From: Octopus vulgaris
Lineage: Eukaryota
Assembly: GCA_951406725.2 (NCBI GenBank)
Contig: OX597841.1
Span: forward strand, 16,492,001 to 16,556,000
Length of the DNA stretch: 64,000 bases
Direction: 5' to 3'
Part shown: piece after piece, positions 15,460 to 30,686 of the stretch
Layout: each line of letters starts with the position of its first letter
Numbering within the stretch: the stretch's first letter is position 1
Notes under the pieces: generated by a model
Seen by the model: the letters and a program-made list of their open reading frames with translations, nothing else
Database searches by the model: none
Told to the model about the DNA's origin: nothing
Program-made: the position numbers and the translations under genes

Positions 15460-16020
15460 CAAGCACAAACTATAAGCGCAGAAGCCCTTAAAGGAAAACG
15501 TTTTGAAGAACTGGAAGCGGTGAAGATAAAAACAAGAGAGGCGCTAAAAGGCGCCACTACACAAGAGTTCCAGGACTGCTTCGAAGAATGGAAAACGCGC
15601 GTCGTGGACCGATGGATTGCTTCAAATGGAGAATACTTTGAAGGAAGCGTGTGAAAAAGGGCCGAAAATGTCGCTAGAAGCTGGGATAAGGCCGAAAATG
15701 TCGCTAGAAGCTGGGATCACCAAGCATAGATTGGCATATTTCGGTCAAATTATGCGGAGAAAATCCCTGGAAAAGGACATCATGCTCGGAATGGTTAGTG
15801 TGGCAAGAGAGGAAGAGGCCGACCAAGAACCCGCTGGCTTGACACCATCAAGAGTGATACCGGAATGGACATAGCCAGTCTGAAAGAAGCGGCCCAGGAT
15901 AGAACTGACTGGAGGACACTGATCCATCGAGTAACCGAGGGTCGACTTCGACTGAGCGGTTAGAGAGAGAGAGAGAGTAAAAAATTAGCGAAATTCCGGT
16001 TTCTTTTGGGTACCTACTCG
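15460..16020 (+). mobile_element. Second mariner 3' fragment interrupted by RTE LINE
   Basis: ALKGKRFEELEAVKIKTREALKGATTQEFQDCFEEWKTRVVDRWIASNGEYFEG; TIR-like ttccggtttcttttgggtacctactcg at ~15993-16020. Confidence 0.8.
15650..15977 (+). mobile_element. 5'-truncated RTE-clade LINE 3' end with (GA)n tail
   Basis: RLAYFGQIMRRKSLEKDIMLGMV.GKRGRGRPRTRWLDTIKSDTG...AAQDRTDWRTLIHRVT (one frameshift); 29-bp tandem duplication at the 5' junction. Confidence 0.88.
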
Positions 16021-16211
16021 CAGGGGAATCGATGTCGCTACATGTGCAAAACATTCAGGCTGGCTACGTAACTCTCAGCAAATACCTTGTGTGCACGGTG
16101 GTGTTATCTGTACAGACGCAAAGGAGGGAGGGGCTGAGAGGAGTAGTGGCAGGTATACAGCAAGAGCAGGGTTCTTCATGATGTACGTCTCCTGGTTGTA
16201 TAGTAATAGGG

Positions 16212-16870
16212 ATGTATGTGTGTGTATGTATGTGTGTATGTATGTATGTATGTGTGTATGTATGTATGTATGTATGTATGTATGTATGTATGTATGTATG
16301 TATGTGTGTGTGTATGTATGTATGTGTGTGTGTATGTATGTATGTATGTATGTATGTATGTATGTATGTATGTATGTATGTATGTATGTATGTATGTATG
16401 TATGTATGTATGTATGTATGTATGTATGTATGTATGTGTGTATGTATGTATGTATGTATGTATGTATGTGTGTGTGTATGTGTATGTATGTATGTATGTA
16501 TGTATGTATGTATGTATGTATGTATGTATGTATGTATGTGTGTGTATGAATGTGTGTATGTGTATGTGTGTATGTGTCTGTGTGTATGTATGTATGTATG
16601 TATGTATGTGTGTGTGTATGCATGTATGTATGTGTGTATGTATATATGTATGTGTGTATGTATGTATGTGTGTACGTATGTATGAACGTATGTATGTATG
16701 TATGTGTGTATGTATGTGTGTGTGTATGTATGTATGTGTGTATGTGTGTATGTGTGTATGTATGTACGTATGTATGTATGTATGTATGTATGTATGTATG
16801 TATGTATGTATGTGTGTGTATGTATGTATGTGTGTATGTATGTACGTATGTATGTACGTATTTGTCTGAG
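16212..16870. repeat. (TATG)n/(TG)n microsatellite
   Basis: Direct reading. Confidence 0.97.
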
Positions 16871-17199
16871 TGAGTATGTATGCATGTAAGTATGTGTGTG
16901 TATGTATATATGAATGCAAGTAATATGTATGTGTGTATGTATGCAAGCATTTATGTATGTATATATATGTATGTATGTCTGTGTGTATGTATTGATGTAC
17001 GACTGTATGTATGCATGTACGTATGGATATATGTAAATATGTATGTATCTATACATGTATGTGTGTAAGCAGGTGTGAAGGTATGTATGTATGCATGTAC
17101 GTACATACGAACCTATGCCTTTATGCATGTGTATATACAATGTACGTATTTATGTGTGTTTCTCTTTAATATATACATATTTATCTTTGTATATATATA

Positions 17200-17249
<50 letters not shown>

Positions 17250-17294
17250 CGTGTGTATGCGTATACGTTTACACTTACACACATTTGTGTGTGT

Positions 17295-17339
<45 letters not shown>

Positions 17340-17514
17340 TATATATAATTACGTACATACATGCATACATGAATATCCATAAATGAAAGTACATATGACC
17401 ATATATACATATACGTATAGGTATTACAGACACACAAACACATACATATGTATATAGACTCATGTGTACATATAAGGTTATAAAACCTACAGGTGCATAT
17501 ATGTATTAAGTACG

Positions 17515-17587
<73 letters not shown>

Positions 17588-17867
17588 TGCGTATATATAT
17601 ATATAATACATATACATATATATATATAATGTATATATATACATATATATATATTGGGGCAAATATATATGAGTATATATATATGTATATATATATATAG
17701 GCATATAAATAGCTATGAAGGATAATGGAAGTAGGTTAAGTATGGCAAAGTGTGTTTAAAAAAAGATGCATTAAACTACTTAAGTGGTAGTGAGTGTATA
17801 TACATATATACAGAAACATACACATACACATACATGCACAAGGGCATTTATATATATATACATATAC

Positions 17868-17915
<48 letters not shown>

Positions 17916-18149
17916 ATATATATATATATGTATATATATATGTGTATATATATATGTGTATATATATATATGTGTGTGTGTATATATATATATATGTATA
18001 TATATACATATGTATATATACTTATGTTTATATGTATGCAGTTGTACGTATAAATGTACAAGTATGTATATATGTATATGCATAAATGTAAGCATATATA
18101 TATTTATATTCGTGTATGTAAATATGTGTGCGTGTGTGTTTATATATAA

Positions 18150-18181
<32 letters not shown>

Positions 18182-18344
18182 GCATATATATGCATGCATA
18201 GTTACGTGCGTGTTTGCCTGCTGCGCTAGTGTGTGTCTGCGTGTGCTGACAATACGTGCGTTTGTAATCACACTTAAAGGTATTTTAATTGTTCATCTAC
18301 GTAATTATTGCCAGACAGAAAACCACTCACACACATACACACAC

Positions 18345-18421
<77 letters not shown>

Positions 18422-18627
18422 ACTACATATGTATAAATAGGCGGGCAAGCCACGTAACGAAAATCATGTTCTGTCTTCTGTGTGTATATATATGTACGCT
18501 TGTACACGAATTTATCTGTGTATATAATTATATTTATATAATTAATTTCATACAAATGCACATAGAATGAATTAGCACTATCGCATACACACACATATAT
18601 CTGTTTGTCTGTCTCTCTCTCCCTCTC

Positions 18628-18685
<58 letters not shown>

Positions 18686-18786
18686 CATTATACATATGTA
18701 TACACACACACACGGGGTTCATACTTATCCCGCAAACACACTGACTATATATGTATATATATATACATGTATGTGTATATACATAT

Positions 18787-18848
<62 letters not shown>

Positions 18849-18886
18849 GTATATGTGTGCACACGTAGATACGAAAATGTATAAAT

Positions 18887-19062
<176 letters not shown>

Positions 19063-19302
19063 AGATGCAGATGTCAATATTTCGTATCGCAGGTGTTAAC
19101 CCACAAAAAAATATATACACATATACACATTTAATTAATTACATTTAGAACAAATTCGTTTTTGAGTGTGTGTATACACACCCAAACAGGTACAGATTCA
19201 GACATATATATGTGTGTCTCTCTCTCTATCTCTCTATATATATGCATCTATACACACACGTATATGTATACGTATGCGTTTGTGTATTTGTATGTTTCCG
19301 TG

Positions 19303-19374
<72 letters not shown>

Positions 19375-19646
19375 CATACATTAATATATACATGTGTATA
19401 TGTACCAGTGGGCCTTTTAAATATGTAATTACTTCCATGTAATCTGATTTCCATTGTAATATATTAACTTTTTTTTTGTGTATACACTTGGTGTAAACAT
19501 CATGTTTATATATTAAAATCAGTTTCGTATTTGTTTTGCTTCCTTTTATTTTGGTTTTTCTCCGAAGCAGACAGCGCTGAAGTGCTTAATATGCAATCCC
19601 TACACTTCAGCACGTACAGTGTAATATTCGTCTGCGTATATATGTA

Positions 19647-19707
<61 letters not shown>

Positions 19708-20032
19708 CTGTGTGTGTGAGTGAGTGTGTCTGTCAGTGTATGTGCGTGTGTATGTCTTTATTTGTGTGTATGTATATATGTAAGTATATGTATATGTGTA
19801 CATGCATATTACACACGCACACACATATATATATATATACATATATACACACACACATATATATATATATATACATATACACACACAGATATGTATATAT
19901 ATATATATATACATGTATATATATAAGTATACGTATATACATACATATATATATATATATATAGCTTCATATACATATAACGTAGACATCAAAATATAAC
20001 ATTCATACAAATTTTATACATACACATATACT

Positions 20033-20064
<32 letters not shown>

Positions 20065-20329
20065 CACACATATAGTTTATCAATTTAATTACAAATACAT
20101 ACACGCACGCAAACACGTATATATATATATATATAAATGTTTGTGTGTGTGAGTGCATGTGTGTATATATATTTATATATATATATATATGTACATATAT
20201 AAATTTATATATATTATGTATTTATATATATTTCATTATTTTTGTTCCTCTTTTCTTTCTTTCGTTCTTTCTTTCTTACTCACTAGATTCGGCTCGGGAC
20301 CTGCGGCCATGCTGCAGTACCACCATCGG

Positions 20330-20620
20330 CTCCGCCTCGCTTTCTCTATTTGGGACCTCCTTTTACTGAAAGAAGGAGTACGAGCGTTGCTGACCGCATC
20401 TCTATCTCCTTAGGTGAGGTAGGCACCTCTAGAACCCTTCACTGGAGAACATCCAGCTTTGTTTTGAAGACATCTACAGCCACCCTACGTAGAAGTCTCA
20501 GGTCTCTTTGAAGGATACTGAGGAGCTGTGGGCCCCTGAATCCCAAACTGTTGCAATACGTTTTCCTGTATCCTGATGTGAATTTTGGGATTTTTGTTTC
20601 TAGGGGACTCCATCATGCTG
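20330..20620 (-). mobile_element. CR1/L2-like LINE ORF2 3' end, degenerate
   Basis: RKTYCNSLGFRGPQLLSILQRDLRLLRRVAVDVFKTKLDVL*RVLEVP resembles the CR1/L2 C-terminal FK..LD motif. Confidence 0.65.
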
Positions 20621-20813
20621 TATACACCTTTATTCTCTTACTTGTTGCGGTTATTTGACTGTGGCCATACTGGAGCGCCACCTTGAAGGGTTTTTTCTCA
20701 GTGGAAGAATTTAACCCCAAGATTTATTCTTTGTAAGCTCAGAGCTTATGCTATCGGTATAAAACTAGAAACTCCAGGTTTAGGTGAAATGTTTTTATAT
20801 ACAATAGATAAAT

Positions 20814-21226
20814 AGGCGCAATAGATAAATTGTGTGGCTGTGTGGTAAGTAGCTTGTTTACCAACCACATGGTTCCGGGTTCAGTCCCACAGCGTGGAAT
20901 CTTGGGCAAGTGTTTTCGGCTATAGCCTCGGGCCGACCAATGCCTTGTGAGTGGATTTGGTAGACGGAAACTGAAAGAAGCCTGTCGTATATATTTATGT
21001 ATATGTGTGTATATGTTTGTGTGTCTGTGTTTGTCCCCCTAGCATTGCTTGACAACCGATGCTGGTGTGTTTACGTCGCCGTCACTTAGCGGTTCGGCAA
21101 AAGAGACCGATAGAATAAGTACTGGGCTTACAAAGAATAAGGCCCGGGGTCGATTTGCTCGACCAAAGGCGGTGCTCCAGCATGGCCGCAGTCAAATGAC
21201 TGAAACAAGTAAAAGAGTAAAGAGTA
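20814..21226 (+). mobile_element. SINE family B, full length (older degenerate 3' fragment on - at 20630-20760)
   Basis: Match to B consensus, tail agtaaaagagtaaagagta. Confidence 0.9.
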
Positions 21227-21263
21227 TATATACATATATATATATATATATGGTCCAAATGAG

Positions 21264-21492
21264 CTGCATGAAGAACAGATTCGTTTTCTTCAATACCGCA
21301 GACAGCCCTGAGCGAACATATCGACAAATGCGCAAGAAATAAAACGCCGAATTTCCATATCTTTCCATTATACCAATGCAAAGATTCAATCTCCTTACAA
21401 GAACGCCTAAACAAGGAAAACCTGTTTATACATAAGTACAGACCACACCTTAACATACAAATTTGACCTCTTCAAAAATTATACTGATGAGT
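21264..21492 (+). pseudogene. Penelope-like element GIY-YIG endonuclease C-terminus, followed by CTGATGA
   Basis: LHEEQIRFLQYRRQP / LSEHIDKCARNKTPNFHIFPLYQCKDSISLQERLNKENLFIHKYRPHLNIQI* (one frameshift; stop 21464-66); R..E..FI...P.LN motif; abuts a (TA)n tract. Confidence 0.72.
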
Positions 21493-21522
21493 TAGTTGTC
21501 TCTCTTGGTCCACTCTCTAGAC

Positions 21523-21741
21523 CAGTGGTTTTCAACCAGGGTTCCGCGGAACCTTAGGGTTCTGCCAGTACAGTCCAGGGGTTCCGCAACAAGTTACAAA
21601 ACTGCTAAAATCGGCAGTAATTTTTAATTCTCCTGTGCAGATATGTGTGCATAAGACTATTAAATTGTTGCATAGGGGTTCCTCGAGCCAGTGGAATGTT
21701 TCCTTGGGGTTCCGCTCCAGCAAAAAGTTTGGAAAGTACTG
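21523..21741. mobile_element. hAT (Charlie-like) MITE
   Basis: TIR-like cagtggttttcaacc / gtttggaaagtactg; exact 8-bp TSD ctctagac at 21515-22 and 21742-49; subterminal ggggttcc motifs. Confidence 0.9.
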
Positions 21742-22099
21742 CTCTAGACTTTCTCTTATTTTTCAAGCATCCAAAATGGCGAGACCCTTTTGTCATAAGA
21801 ATTGATTACTTCACAATGTCCCTTGAAAAGCTAATTTAAATAGCGAAAACCGATTGGATATCACTACATTCATAAAATATGTATATATTTGAAACATTTC
21901 TTTGTAAAAAGATACGTGAAACGAAGGCATCTCTATTCCACTTTTTATATGTTTTCCACATGTTTTCAACCTATATATCTATGAATATATATATGTATAT
22001 ATACACGCAAGCACACATATACAAACACGCACACACATTATTTTCATAGGTAGATAAATAGGTAGACAAATAGGTAGATAGATAGATAGATTGATAGAA

Positions 22100-22130
<31 letters not shown>

Positions 22131-22267
22131 AAGATAGATAGACAGGTAGATAGACAGACAGAAAGATAAATAGACAGACAGACAGAGAAATAGATAGATA
22201 GCCGTGTGTGTGTAAATATATGATATGAGTGTATATATATATATACATACGTATATATATATATATA

Positions 22268-22370
<103 letters not shown>

Positions 22371-22428
22371 ATGTATATATATATATATATATATAGTTTT
22401 TATATATATATATATTTATTAACTGAAT

Positions 22429-22489
<61 letters not shown>

Positions 22490-23330
22490 ATTTATTCAAT
22501 CCATGATATAATTAGCATCTCATTCCAGTATCTTCTGCCACCATGTGGGCATCCCTATTATCGCTTTCTCAAAGAATTTCCTGTTTTATTGGTGTAAACC
22601 TTTTCCAGGTGAATATTTACAGCCTCTTCAGAATCGAAGCTCTGCCCCTTCAAATGATCTTTGAAGAGACCGAAACAGGTGGAAACCAAAGGTCGTGCGG
22701 ATATGAAGAGTGGTGCAAAACCAGATAGTCAGGCGCCATTAACTTCTGGTACGAAATTTGCTGGTATTGTCATAATGAAAGACAAAACCCTTGCGGTTTA
22801 CAAGTGCTGGACGCTTCCGTTAGATCGCTCTGTTTAATTTATCCAGCTATTTACATTTCACATCCCAATTGACGGTTCTGTGTGGAGGCGCAATGGCCCA
22901 GTGGTTAGGGCAGCGGACTCGCGGTCGTAGGATCGCGGTTTCGATTCCCAATGTGAGTGTTTATTGAGCGAAAACACCTAAAAGCTCCACGAGACTCCGG
23001 CAGGGAATGGTGGTGATCCCTGCTGTACTCTTTCACCACAACTTCCTCTTACTCTCACTCTTACTTCCTGTTTCTGTTGTACCTGTATTTCAAAGGGCCG
23101 GCCTTGTCACTCTCTGTGTCACGCTGAATATCCCCGAGAACTACGTTAAGGATGCACGTGTCTGTGGAGTGCTCAGTCACTTACACGTTAATTTCACGAG
23201 CAGGCTGTTCCGTTGATTCGGATCAACCGGAACCCTCGTCGTCGTAACCGACGGAGTGCTTCCAATCCAATAGACGGTTCTATCCGTGGCAAGAAGCTAG
23301 TGAAAGACAACATTATTACAATGAAACCAA
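22490..23330 (-). mobile_element. Degenerate mariner transposase 3' half interrupted by SINE C
   Basis: LDKLNRAI*RKRPALVNRKGFVFHYDN ... FHLFRSLQ ... MPTWWQKILE*DANYIMD*. Confidence 0.8.
22880..23266 (+). mobile_element. SINE family C, full length
   Basis: tRNA-like head; 15-bp TSD ccaat(t/a)gacggttct at 22865-79 and 23267-81. Confidence 0.92.
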
Positions 23331-23456
23331 ACTAAAAGCATAGTTCGTTTTGGGATTTGGTTTGCAAGATTCTTTATATGAGTTCGTGTGTTGAAGCATG
23401 TTCTGTTGTGTCTGGGGAGAGTCATTCTCTTTTAGTACCTTATTATTTAACACAAT

Positions 23457-23700
23457 ATGGAGGCGCAATGGCCCAGTGGTTAGGGCAGCGGACTCGCGGT
23501 CGTGGAATCGCGGTTTCGATTCCCAGACCGGGCGTTGTGAGTGTTTATTGAGCGAAAACACCCGAGAACTACGTTAAGGGTCCACGTGTCTGTGGAGTGC
23601 TCAGCCACTTATACGTTAATTTCACGAACAGGCTGTTCCGTTGATCGGATCAACCGGAACCCTCGTCGTCGTAACCGACGGAGTGCTTCAAGACAAGACA
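23457..23700 (+). mobile_element. SINE family C with internal deletion
   Basis: Head joins directly to ccgagaactacg; 12-bp TSD atttaacacaat at 23445-56 and 23701-12. Confidence 0.88.
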
Positions 23701-23727
23701 ATTTAACACAATCACCGGTAAAATTTC

Positions 23728-23843
23728 CACTTATTTCTTCTTATTTTTATTTTCTAAAATTTTCGTTGCGGACAGAGTCAAGACTATTGAAAAGGTTGCA
23801 AGACGCAACGAAAATTTTAGAGAATAAAAATAAGAAATAAGTG
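23728..23843. repeat. Inverted repeat, ~40-bp arms, ~30-nt spacer
   Basis: cacttatttctt...aaaattttcgttgcg / cgcaacgaaaatttt...aagaaataagtg. Confidence 0.85.
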
Positions 23844-23942
23844 AAAGCATAGTCTTCTTCGAGAAGTGTCTTGCTTTCAGAGTTCTTCGATGTGGTTCGC
23901 CACGCCTGTTCATTATCGTATGCCATTCACACAGCTATGGAG

Positions 23943-24810
23943 CGGAGGTTCTCAAACAGTTGTTTTATGTATCTCTTTCACTCTGTTACTCTTTTACTTG
24001 TTTCAGTCATTTGACTGCGGCCATGCTGGAGCACCGCCTTTAGTCGAGCAAATCGACCCGGGGACTTATTCTTTGTAAGCCTAGTACTTATTCTATCGGT
24101 CTCTTATGCCGAACCGCTAGATTACGGGGACGTAAACACAACAACTGCGGTTGTCAAGCGATGTTGGGGGTACAAACATAGACACACACACATATACGAC
24201 GGGCTTCTTTCAGTTTCCGACTACCAAATCCACTAACAAGGCTTTGGTCGGCCCGAGCCTATGGTAGAAGACTCTTGCCAAAGGTGCCCCGCAGTGGGAC
24301 TGAACCCGGAACCATGTGGTTGGTAAGCAAGCTACTTACCACACAGCCGCTCCGACACCTATAATATATACGACAGGCTTCTTTCAGTTTCCGTCTACCA
24401 AATCCACTCACAAGGCTTTAGTTGGCCCGAAGCTATAGCAGAAGACACTTGCCCAAGATGTCACGCAGTGGGACTGAACCCGGAACCATGTGGTTGGTAA
24501 GCAAGCTACTTACCACACAGCCACTCCTGCGCCTATGATCATTATTTTATTCTGGTGGACCCTCATAGCCATTCAAGGTTTAAAAACAAGTTTCATAGAA
24601 ACTTCTTTCAAAATTTCTATTTTGTTTTTAACACATTAACTTCTGTAGGATGAACGATGTGAAATGTTAGAGAAAGAAACCTAACTGTTTCTTCCAATAC
24701 AAACCAATACATACAACTAAACCAAAATTTATTTCAGGGTCTCCTGAAATACCATTGTGGACCCCAATTTACTATTCCATTGCGTGAGCCCCTCCCGGTC
24801 GAGAACACTG
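23943..24810. mobile_element. hAT-type non-autonomous element containing a nested double-headed SINE B (23985-24536, -)
   Basis: Ends cggaggttctcaaac / gtcgagaacactg; imperfect 8-bp TSD ctatggag / ctatagac. Confidence 0.7.
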
Positions 24811-24882
24811 CTATAGACAATCCACTGTTCGTCTCCAGTGACCATTTTCTTTTATATATATATAAATAAATGTATATATATG

Positions 24883-24941
<59 letters not shown>

Positions 24942-25016
24942 GTATGTATATATATGTATGTGTATATATATGTATATATATATATATTTATATGTGTGTG
25001 TGTGTGTATGTGTCTA

Positions 25017-25097
<81 letters not shown>

Positions 25098-25399
25098 CAT
25101 ACATAAATACGTATATTCATGAGCTTGGATGTGTCTGCTTGTGAGTGTATGTAGATGTATGTGTGTGCATGCATGTGTGTGTATGTGTGCCTGTGTGTGT
25201 ATGTGTGACTTTCTAGGCAGAGCCCTGTGAGTACAATTATCTAAACGCGAACTACACACAGTAACAAATTCTTGGATGAATAGGCATACACACACACACA
25301 CAGATATGTACATATATATATATATATCACACGCACACACATACATAGACACGAACATACATGATACATCCGAGGCACACACACACACACACACAGAGG

Positions 25400-25749
25400 A
25401 TATATTCTACACACATATAGTACATTCTACACACACACACATAATACATTCTACACACACACACACACACACACATACATTCTACACACACACACACACA
25501 ATACATTCTACACACGCACACACATAATACATTCTACACACACACACACACACACACACATAATTCTACACACACACAATATATTCTGCACATGCCCACA
25601 CGTAATACAACCCACGCGCACACACACAATAGATTCTACACACACACAATACATTCTACACACACACATACACACACCCACACATAACACAACCCACATG
25701 CACACACATAATACATTCTACACACACACACAAATATACACACACACAT

Positions 25750-25760
<11 letters not shown>
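25400..25760. repeat. Minisatellite of (aatacattct) units separated by (CA)n
   Basis: About 9 recurrences of the ttctac/cattct core. Confidence 0.85.
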
Positions 25761-25825
<65 letters not shown>

Positions 25826-25929
25826 GATTGATAAACTATTCATCGTGAGAGAGCCAAGCCTCGTTGTGGAGTGAAAGGAGAACTTGACCGATCTATCTTG
25901 CCACACATTGTTTGCTATTAAATAATGAA

Positions 25930-25979
25930 GCGCCATCTAGCGGCAAAGCACTTCATCAAAATGTCGACAGGAGGGCGAC
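25930..25979. promoter_or_regulatory. Putative CTCF site(s) in a unique GC-richer island
   Basis: gcgccatctagcggc (rc gccgctagatggcgc) matches the CTCF core; weaker cgacaggagggcgac on the opposite strand. Confidence 0.5.
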
Positions 25980-26358
25980 ATCGTTGGGGACAGCGGAGAC
26001 GAGGTGGACTGCTGCAGGACCGGAGGGAGGGGCCTGGGTGGGATGGTGGCCATGGTTTTACCCTTCCTTATTGCTCTTGGTGTTGTTATTGTGGTTGTTG
26101 TTATTGTTGTTGTTGTTGTTGGTGGTAGTGGTGTAGGTGGTGATGGTCATTGTAGACGGGATGTTCACGTGAATAGGATACGTGTGTGTGTGTGTGTGTA
26201 CGTGTGTGTGTGTGTGTGCGTATGTGTATGTGTGCGTGATATTTGTATATGCCTCTTTGTGGGTGTATGTGTGTGTGTATTTATGTATGTATGTCTGTAT
26301 GTATGTGTGTACGTTTGGAGGGCTATCTGTATGTGTGTGTGTGTATACACACAGACAT

Positions 26359-26418
<60 letters not shown>

Positions 26419-26541
26419 ATATGCCACAATTCATACACACGCATATTCACACACACAAACGCATACGTATGTATGTATGTATGTATGTATGTATGTATGT
26501 ATGTATGTGTGTATGTATGTATGTATGTATGTATGTATGTA

Positions 26542-26620
<79 letters not shown>

Positions 26621-27838
26621 ATGTATGCATGTGAGTATGAGTGTGTGTATATATGTATGTATGTATGTACGTATATTATGGTATATATGTATGCGTGTGT
26701 ACATATAGGGGGTTGTGTGTGTTTCTGTGTGAGTATATATGTATATGATTATATATACGTTTGCGTGTATGTCACAATTCATACGCACGCATACTCACAC
26801 GCACGTATACACACATATTTGTATGTAGGTATATATGTATGTATGTATATAGGTAGGTATGTAGGTATGTATGTATGTAATGAATGCATGTATATATGTA
26901 TGGAAGCGTGAATGAAAGTATGTATATATTAATGTATGTATATACGCATGTGTAGACGTATGTACATATGTTTGTGTGTGTAAGAAGCATGTATGCATGT
27001 ATGTATGCATGCATGTATGTGTGTAAGATTGTATGCGTGTATGTATGTATGCATGCACGTATGTGTGTATGTATGTGTGTGTCTGTATGTATGTAGGTAT
27101 GTAGTTATGCATATATGAATGTATGTATGCATACATGCATGTATCTATGTATGTATGCATACATGTATATATGTATGCAAGTATGTATGTATGCATTTAT
27201 GTATGTATGTATGTATGCATGTATGTATGTATGCATGTATGTATGTATGCAAGTATGTATGCATGTATGCATGCATGTATGTATGCATGTATGTATGTAT
27301 GTATGTATGTATGTATGCATGCATGTATGTATGCATGTATGTAAGCATGTATGTATGTATGCATGTATGTATGCATGTATGTATGCATGCAAGTATGTAT
27401 GTATGTGTGTATCTGTAGGTATACAAGTAGCTATGCACATATGAATGTATGCATGAAATATCTATGTATGACAATACACATTTCTACGTGTATCTAGGAA
27501 CGTATGACTGTTTGTAGACAACGTCAGCCTATGTATTCCGTGCAATGTTTGCGAATACGTATATATGTGTATGTATGGTATGCTTTCTGCGTTATGCTTA
27601 GGTGTACGACCATGTCTGAGTTTGTATGTAATCGCTTATGTGTGTGGGTATGTGTGTGTTTGTGTGTGTGAGATCTTGTTTCTGTTTGTACGCGTTTATG
27701 TGTGTGTATGTTTGCTCATGCCTACGTGTATGTCCAGCGGCGTTTGTCTGTGCGAGTCTGTGTGTATGAATATATATGTACATATGTATATCTATCTATT
27801 TGTCTATCTGTTTATCTGTCTGTCTGCCTGTCTGTCAT

Positions 27839-27939
<101 letters not shown>

Positions 27940-27959
27940 TTGTCTGTCTGTTTGTCTTA

Positions 27960-27990
<31 letters not shown>

Positions 27991-28054
27991 GTCTATGTAT
28001 GTATGTATGTTACTATCTGTCTGTCTGTCTGTCTATCTATCTCTCCATACTTCC

Positions 28055-28132
<78 letters not shown>

Positions 28133-28152
28133 TTGTCTGTCTGTTTGTCTTA

Positions 28153-28183
<31 letters not shown>

Positions 28184-28831
28184 GTCTATGTATGTATGTA
28201 TGTTACTATCTGTCTGTCTGTCTGTCTATCTATCTCTCCATACTTCCATCTATCTATCTATTTGTCTGTCTGTCTGTCTTACCTGTCTGTCTGTCTGTCT
28301 ATCCATCCATCCATCCATCCATCCATCCATGTCTTTCTGTGTATGAAGGCGTACGAGAGGCAGTGTGCATGCGTTTTATAATGCAATACACGTCTATAGC
28401 ATGCGTGCGCATGCGTGCCTGTATGCCCACATGTATTCCTGTGCGTATGTCTCATTCCAAGACTGAACCTATGCTTATATGTCTGTGTGTGTGTGTACGT
28501 GTATGTTTGTTTGTGTGTACTTGTGTTTGTGGTGTTTTGTTAGTTTTTCAAAGCCAGAATAATGCTTTAATAAATCAAACGACAAGTCACTAAACAAAAG
28601 GGAGACATTGGGTGGGTGGTAGGGTGGAAGCCATCGTTTGTTTACGAACTCAAGGCTATGTATGCACACATAAACACATGCGCACACATATATATATATA
28701 CATGCATATACATGCGTATACATATACTTAAATACATATATATAACCAACACTCATGTTCGGTCGAAAGTACTTTGCGGTGAAATAAGTGAAATTAATAT
28801 GTTTGCTTATAGTTATACACAAGCATCAAAC

Positions 28832-28877
<46 letters not shown>

Positions 28878-28986
28878 TTATATTACAAATATGTTTAACA
28901 TGTATATATGCGTGTGCATATATATGGGTGAATATGAATATATATATATAAATATATATACACACATTAGTGAACATATGAATGTA

Positions 28987-29038
<52 letters not shown>

Positions 29039-29556
29039 CCTATCTCACTCTCTCTATATATATACATATGTATATATATATATGGTTGTATATCTATATC
29101 TCTCTGCCTGTACGTGTATATGTACATATGACTGGATGTATATAGAAATCTATTTACGAATCGCTGTTGGTATACATACATACATATATACATACATACA
29201 TACATACATACATACATACATACATACATACATACATACATACATACATACATGCATGCATACATACATACATACATACATATATATATATAGGTAGATT
29301 GATAGATAGCTATATGTGAACAGATATATATACATATACATAGATAATGTCCTAAAGTTGATGAGCCAATATATATACATATATATATATATACATATAT
29401 GTATGTATAAGGATAGTGCATACACATACTTTTACAACTTCGGGTGTATATAAGACGGATATACATATTTCTATTGAAACGTAACCATACATGCATATAA
29501 TACGCATATGTATAAATATGTATGTATATACATATATATATATGTGTGTGTGTATA

Positions 29557-29589
<33 letters not shown>

Positions 29590-29597
29590 ATGGAAAG

Positions 29598-29684
<87 letters not shown>

Positions 29685-30151
29685 GCATACGTATACATTT
29701 ATCTATATATCTAAGTAGGTAAATAGGTAGATAGGGTGATTATGTCTGCATCAGTATGCACAGGTATGTATATATTTATATGAAGATAAATATACACTTG
29801 AAGTGCATATATCTTCAGCTCCTCAATTTATTTGGTTATCAGAGGCAAAGACATGCTGTAGCTTGGCCTTTATATTTCCATAGAATTGCCTTACGCACGC
29901 AGGAAAACACATATAAACATACACACACACACAGAAATGCATACATGCTTTAGTACATTAGTGCCTCTTTAGGAATATGCATCCACGCATAAGGATGCGT
30001 ATATACATATACATACATACGATGATAAACATATGATATATATACATACATGCATATATATATCCACGTATATACATACATATATATACACATATATAAA
30101 CATATATATACACGTATAAATATATACATATATATAAATATATATATATAC

Positions 30152-30267
<116 letters not shown>

Positions 30268-30314
30268 TACTTATATGCCCAACTGCATATAATCACACAA
30301 TACAATGCAAACTG

Positions 30315-30402
<88 letters not shown>

Positions 30403-30605
30403 TATGCTTATATATATATTTATGCTTATATATATATATTTATTTATTTATGCTTATATATATATGTATACGCATAAATATATATAGGCACGCTTATACT
30501 CATGTGACTGTGTATATATGCATGTATAGTTTTAATCAGCCTTACCACATGGGGATAAGATATAATCGCTCACAAAAGCCTAGTTACCAATGTTTCTGTT
30601 GTGTA

Positions 30606-30686
<81 letters not shown>

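Noticed and set aside
22655-22700. Hammerhead-like ttgaaga-gacc...gaaa-cc..gg-tc
   Set aside because: Core is imperfect and the sequence is the antisense of mariner FHLFRSLQ coding DNA
22880-22955. tRNA gene-like sequences at SINE heads (also 46289, 32866, 8476 and others)
   Set aside because: Continue into SINE bodies, several with TSDs, and lack a proper acceptor stem; SINE heads rather than tRNA genes
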